From Salpingoeca rosetta (lineage: Eukaryota > Protista > Choanoflagellata), in the NCBI GenBank assembly GCA_033442325.1, contig JAWQFM010000017.1, forward strand, positions 526,557 to 590,556: 64,000 nt of DNA, given 5' to 3'. Positions 57,377 to 64,000 of the stretch are shown here, one piece after another. The position numbers were made by a program, and so were the translations under genes. Numbering within the stretch: position 1 is the first letter of the stretch; every line of letters begins with the position of its first letter. The notes beneath the pieces are model-generated. The model saw only the letters and a program-made list of their open reading frames with translations, was not told where the DNA came from and did no database searches.

Positions 57377-57905
57377 AGTGAACTGGGTGGCACTTGCTCG
57401 TTCTTTGTCGCACACCTTGTGGTAGCGAGGGTGTGAACAAGAGCACGTGCTATGTTGCATTACATACATTACAAGCGTTGACGTTGGGTGAGGTCCTGAG
57501 CAACGGTAATAAAAGTGGTGTGGGTGGAATACCACACGATGGTGCGCCATCACGTTTGGTCATGTTGTTATGGACCTTCGCTTCCGGCAACCAAGAGGTC
57601 CATGACATCACCCCCTCCCCCCTCGTCATCACCCTCGATTGGTTTCAGCTTCAACCATCTCTTATGAGAGGGTTTGTTATTGTGAGGGAGATTGATAACA
57701 GCCGTGAGAGACGAGAGGAGACAACACGAAGACAATGCAAGCAAGCAAATGGCCTCTTCCCATATGTCCACCGCACCAGTACAACAAACATACGCTACGA
57801 ACATGTCAGCCATCCTCAGCACAAAAACAAACAAAGAAACAAAGCAAGGGCTCACAGAAAGGTGTGACAGGAATGATGAACGCTTCGCGCCACGAACGAA
57901 AGCAA

Positions 57906-57998
57906 TTACACAGCAGAGTGGCCCTCGTAAGGGCGAGCACGTGGGCCCATGACAAGCTGGATCCGATCGTGCGCAGCCTGGCGCTTGTTCACCTGCAG

Positions 57999-58076
<78 letters not shown>

Positions 58077-58799
58077 TAGTAGTNNNNNNNNNNNNNNNNN
58101 NNNNNNNNNNNNNNNNNNNNNNNNNNNNNNNNNNNNNNNNNNNNNNNNNNNNNNNNNNNNNNNNNNNNNNNNNNNNNNNNNNNNNNNNNNNNNNNNNNNN
58201 NNNNNNNNNNNNNNNNNNNNNNNNNNNNNNNNNNNNNNNNNNNNNNNNNNNNNNNNNNNNNNNNNNNNNNNNNNNNNNNNNNNNNNNNNNNNNNNNNNNN
58301 NNNNNNNNNNNNNNNNNNNNNNNNNNNNNNNNNNNNNNNNNNNNNNNNNNNNNNNNNNNNNNNNNNNNNNNNNNNNNNNNNNNNNNNNNNNNNNNNNNNN
58401 NNNNNNNNNNNNNNNNNNNNNNNNNNNNNNNNNNNNNNNNNNNNNNNNNNNNNNNNNNNNNNNNNNNNNNNNNNNNNNNNNNNNNNNNNNNNNNNNNNNN
58501 NNNNNNNNNNNNNNNNNNNNNNNNNNNNNNNNNNNNNNNNNNNNNNNNNNNNNNNNNNNNNNNNNNNNNNNNNNNNNNNNNNNNNNNNNNNNNNNNNNNN
58601 NNNNNNNNNNNNNNNNNNNNNNNNNNNNNNNNNNNNNNNNNNNNNNNNNNNNNNNNNNNNNNNNNNNNNNNNNNNNNNNNNNNNNNNNNNNNNNNNNNNN
58701 NNNNNNNNNNNNNNNNNNNNNNNNNNNNNNNNNNNNNNNNNNNNNNNNNNNNNNNNNNNNNNNNNNNNNNNNNNNNNNAGACACACACGACGACACAAC

Positions 58800-58846
<47 letters not shown>

Positions 58847-60053
58847 CACACACACACACACACACACAGAGTCACAGACACAGAAATACACACCGCCCCA
58901 CACCGGTTGCCCCCCCCCAAAAAAAAAACAATGCACGGCCGCTTACCTCGCCGTCCATGGCGACGATGATGTCTTCAACCTCGAGTGCACCGCTGGCGGG
59001 CCCCTCTGGGTCAACCCAGCTCACGCACTTCACACTGCAGCCGAGGAGGCAATAGGGTGATGAGCACGCAGCAAAGCATGGTGTGAGGGAGTGAAGGGCG
59101 CGAAGCATGTATGATGCTTGCAGTGTTTCGCTTTGCAAGTCACGCTTTCCGGCACACACACACACACACATACCGCCCGTCGATGCGCCACATGGTTGCA
59201 ATGCCAAAGCCAAAGGGCACTGTGGGGTTGGTCCGGCACACGTGCACATCAAACTGATCTCCATTTTCTGCAGAGAGAAAAACAAGACGCACGTGTGTTT
59301 GATGTGGGCGAAAAGGAAGTCAAACTACGTAAAGCACGTGCACACACACAGACAGACACAGACACACAGACACACACAGACAGACACAGACACACAGACA
59401 CACAGACACACACACACACACACAGACACACAGACACACACACACACACAGCTCTCACCCCAGCGGCGGCCGCGGTCCGGCTCCAGGCGCGATTCAGACT
59501 CGCTCGCCCGGCTCTCGTTGTGTCCGTGCGAGGCAGCCGCTACAACCCAACGCACGCAAGCATACACATACACACATGTGTGTCAGCAACACGTACATCA
59601 CCATCCCAGCCTGCTCAAGAGCTGCATAAATTGTGATGCAAACACCTCAGCAACCCGGCCTCACCGAGAGGGTTGTCGCCGCGTCGGGACTGTGCGCGGG
59701 CCTGTGCACGCGCTCGCTCCTGTAGCTCGCTCTTTGTTCGCCCGTGCATCTACAACAAGGGAAAGGCAGTCAGGCGTCAGCACAGCATGCATATCTGTGT
59801 GCTTTTGTGTGTGCTTGCGTTCTTGCGTCCACCTTACCTCGCTCCCTCACATGACTCACACAAGTCCCGCCCTTCTCCCTCATCACACGCATGTCACCTC
59901 TTCCTGGGCGGCGCGTTCCTCCTCCTCAATCTTCTGGCGCCGACGACGCTCCTCTTCCTCCTGCAGTCGCACATGAAAACCGTGTGTGTGTATGTGTATG
60001 TGTGTGTATGTGTGTGCATGTGTGTGTATGTGTGTGTATGTGTGTGTATGTGT

Positions 60054-60105
<52 letters not shown>

Positions 60106-62899
60106 ATGATATGGTGAGGCGGAATGCATGGAGCGCAAAACGACTTGGAAAGGCACACAAGCACGACACACACACACACACACACATGAGCGCGCGAGTG
60201 TACGCACCCTTTCCTGTTCTTCGCGTTCACGGCGTGCCCTGTGAAATAATTCAGACGACAGTCACAGACATTAGCACGGTCAGCCAATCGAACGTTGCAG
60301 AAGAAACGACAAACAAGTGCAACGGTATGCACACGACAAGTTCAACACACAAAAACAACACACACACACACACACACCCACCCACACACACACACACACA
60401 CCACGTACCTCTCTTCCTCTTCTTCTTGTCGCTTGCGGCGTTCCTCCTCTTCCTTCTTCTTCCTCTCTTCCTCCTCTTCAGCACGACGGCGGGCTGCTTC
60501 CTCCTCCTCCCTCTTCTTTCTCGCTTGCTCCTCCTCCTGCTGTTGTTCCCTTCTGCGCCGTTCGGCCTCCTCGGCTTCTCTCTTCTTCCTCTCCTCCTCC
60601 TCGCGCATACGCTGCTGCTCGCGCTCCCGTCGCCGCCCATCCTCCGCTGCACGCAGCTCTGCATCGCGCTCAGCACCCGCCCCACCCTAACCACAGCACC
60701 AGTCGCAGGTGTGTGTGTGTGTACGTGTATATATATGTGTGTGTGTGTGTGGGATGACGGTTAAGCGTCACAGACAAAGCTAGCAGACACGCCAAGGAAG
60801 CAGATTCGCAAACAGACATCCAGGCACAGGCCAATCCAAACAGAGCAAGATCCCGTGAACATCCTCCATTCGTGACACGCACCGTGTCTGACGAGGGAGG
60901 TACGTGATCTTGAAGGGGCACGGGCCAGAACTTTTTCGTGCTGCGCAGACCAGCAATAACCTACCACCAACGCACAAGAACACACAAGAACACAGACAGC
61001 CAGGATCACACATGCATGCATGGACGCATGCATGTACGCAAGCAGGAAGTCCCAAAAAGAGAGAGAGTGTGAGCGCATGGGCGTTTGTGCCCCATCCTTC
61101 ATAGCACATTCAAAAATGGTTGCGTGTTCTGCGCCAACGATGATACAACAACAGCACTCAGATCTCAAACGCCTGCGACTGCGGCACCAATTCATTCGCA
61201 CCTGCTCGATGCGCATGCAGTCTGGCATCACGTTTCCGTTGACGGTGAAGGTGCTCTGCTTGTCGGCTTGCTTGAGGAGGTGGTGGGTTGACTTGCCCTT
61301 GTACACCACGGTGAGCACATACTCGTTTGGATGCGCTGCACCGCGTGGGCGCACGAGGAACGTGCCCTCCTTCATGCCGTGCTTCTTTACCAGGGCTGCG
61401 TACGCGGTTGGCAAGTTGGTTGCAGCATTGATGGTGGGGGGGGGGAGGTAATCGAGTGTGAGCGACGTATTGAACGAGTCCCATGAAGAGGCGGTGAGCT
61501 CAACACATAAACGCACGCGCACAGACAGACAGACAGATAGACAGACAGACAGACAAACGGAGAGACAGACAGACATACACACACATACACGCACACACGC
61601 ACACACGCACACACATCCTACCATCAGCTTCGCCCTTGGTCATGGGCGGGTGCATCCACGGGTGCTGGCAGAGGGAAGCAGGAAATGCATGCACGCAAAC
61701 AAAAGGGTGAGGTGATCAGCAATGCACTCAGGGCGAAGGCGCAGTCCACATTCACCACGCTCTTACCGCGTCATCACTTGCGCTTCCTGTGGTTGTGGCT
61801 GGTGCTGCAGGCTGGCTCGCAATCACAGGCGTGTCTGCACAAGACGCAGAAACGAGAACAAGGTGGCGAGCGGAGATAAGCGGATGAGAAGCAAACAAAC
61901 AAGCTGCATAGCCGTGTCATTGCTCCTGGGCCCTTTGTTGCCGTTGCACTTTTCACAACACACCAACCTTGCTCTGGTGCTGGCGCTGCTGCGTCCGCCG
62001 ACGGATGTGCCGGCTCTGGATCTGCTGGTGTCTGCTCGGGGTTGTTTGCCTTGTTTTCCACGGCATCTGTGAGCTTCACTGGCCACTTTGGCGGCAGGCT
62101 GTCGCTGGAGAGCTTGGAAATAATCTGTGTGCGCGGGCGCGTGTGTGTGTGTAAGTGTGAGTGTGGGTGCAAGTGTGAGTGGGGTATGAGCGTGAGTGTG
62201 AGGTAACGAGGGCACGAGATAGCAGGACAAAACAGGCGGCAGTACAAGGCACCACAGGCACCATCTGCCTTGCACCTGCTCCAGCGTCGTGAAGCCGCCA
62301 AAGTCTTGTTTGTTCACCGTCAAGACACCGCTCTCCGTCTGCACCAAAGGCGGCGGGCAATGACGTGGAAAGCATGCACGGCGTGAGCACGAACAGCTAC
62401 CAACTCAGATGCCGACATAAGGACATACACACACCTGCACAGACAGATAGACAGACACAGGCACCTGCAAGCACACACACACACACATGCATGCAGACAC
62501 ACACACACACACACACACAGACACACACATCGACACATGCTGTACCTTCTTGATGAGGTGGTGTGTGGGACGGTTCTTAAAGTTGAGGGACAATACGTAG
62601 TCATCCTCTGATCCAGGGCGCCGACGCACGAGGAAGCGGCCGGTCGGATACGCGCCATCATGCATCAACAGCGCTGTTGCATTCGCGAAATGATGACAAG
62701 CATGAGCGTCGTGTGAGATGACGCAGCAACATGGCACAATACTCAGGTTGCATTTCGCTCTCTCCCTCCTTCTCAACCTCTCCTCCTCTCTCACTCCGTG
62801 TGTCTTCCTCTCCCTCACTCCCTCACATCACAACCACGCAGCCTCACTTGAGGCCTGGTCCTTGGTGATGGTGCCAAAGAGCCATGGTGGGGGCGCCAT
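57906..62899 (-). CDS. SH2-SH2-charged coiled coil-PDZ adaptor protein; spans an assembly gap
   Basis: SH2-1: [12 protein letters not shown]...GRFLVRRR...YVLSL...THHLI. SH2-2: [13 protein letters not shown]...GTFLVRPR...YVLTV...THHLL. An E/R/K-rich helix follows, then [21 protein letters not shown]...[25 protein letters not shown]...IQLVMG; stop TAA at 57906-57908. Confidence 0.85.
58084..58778. other. Assembly gap (N run)
   Basis: Run of Ns. Confidence 1.
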
Positions 62900-63097
62900 G
62901 ATGCAGGAGCGGCGGATAAGGGGTGCGGTTTGCTTCGACCTTAGCGGCGGCCTTGGCGTTGTTTTGTTTTGGTGTGTGGTGTGGGTGTTTTGGTTTGTGT
63001 GCGTGCAGGCAACGCCCTTCACGGTGGATAGGTGGGAGTGTAAAAAGGAAAATGTGTGCGAAATGTATGTCTTCAAAGTACGTACATGCTAGATCTT

Positions 63098-63807
<710 letters not shown>

Positions 63808-63937
63808 CTGTAGCCAGGCGAGGGGAAGTAAACAAGGGTAACCAAGAGTGTTACATTCAGGATTGAAAGTTGCGCAACACACACACACACGTGCACGTGC
63901 AGACAGATGCACACACACACAGACACAGACAGACAGA

Positions 63938-64000
<63 letters not shown>

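Overview
This is eukaryotic, intron-rich, gene-dense DNA with (CA)n/(GT)n microsatellites in nearly every intron and three assembly gaps. The style (short microsatellite-filled introns, poly-Q exons, an SH2/PDZ signalling protein, a centriolar SAS-4) points to a choanoflagellate, most likely Salpingoeca rosetta; this is inferred and no database was checked. Most ORFs in the six-frame track are microsatellite artefacts. Manual splicing gives about 19 genes: an atypical bZIP factor, adrenodoxin reductase, a divergent profilin-like protein, a secreted PA-domain + PNGase F-like enzyme, KIAA1143/DUF4604, mitochondrial ACP, an intronless F-box/LRR-like protein, a tandem two-domain galactose-3-O-sulfotransferase, DNAJC4-like, an AspH-like probable pseudo-hydroxylase, a TPR-like protein, two tandem PLAC8-like paralogues, an intronless P5C reductase, CPAP/SAS-4, a TLC-domain protein, a sugar porter, an SH2-SH2-coiled-coil-PDZ adaptor and the 3' end of a hypothetical gene. 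The most interesting observations are two apparent pseudo-enzyme domains, a PNGase F-like enzyme with its catalytic residues intact, an SH2-PDZ adaptor that carries its own C-terminal PDZ ligand, two intronless candidate transferred genes, very tight head-to-head gene pairs, and complementary GT...CA repeats that bracket introns. No rRNA, tRNA, CRISPR or intact mobile element was recognised.
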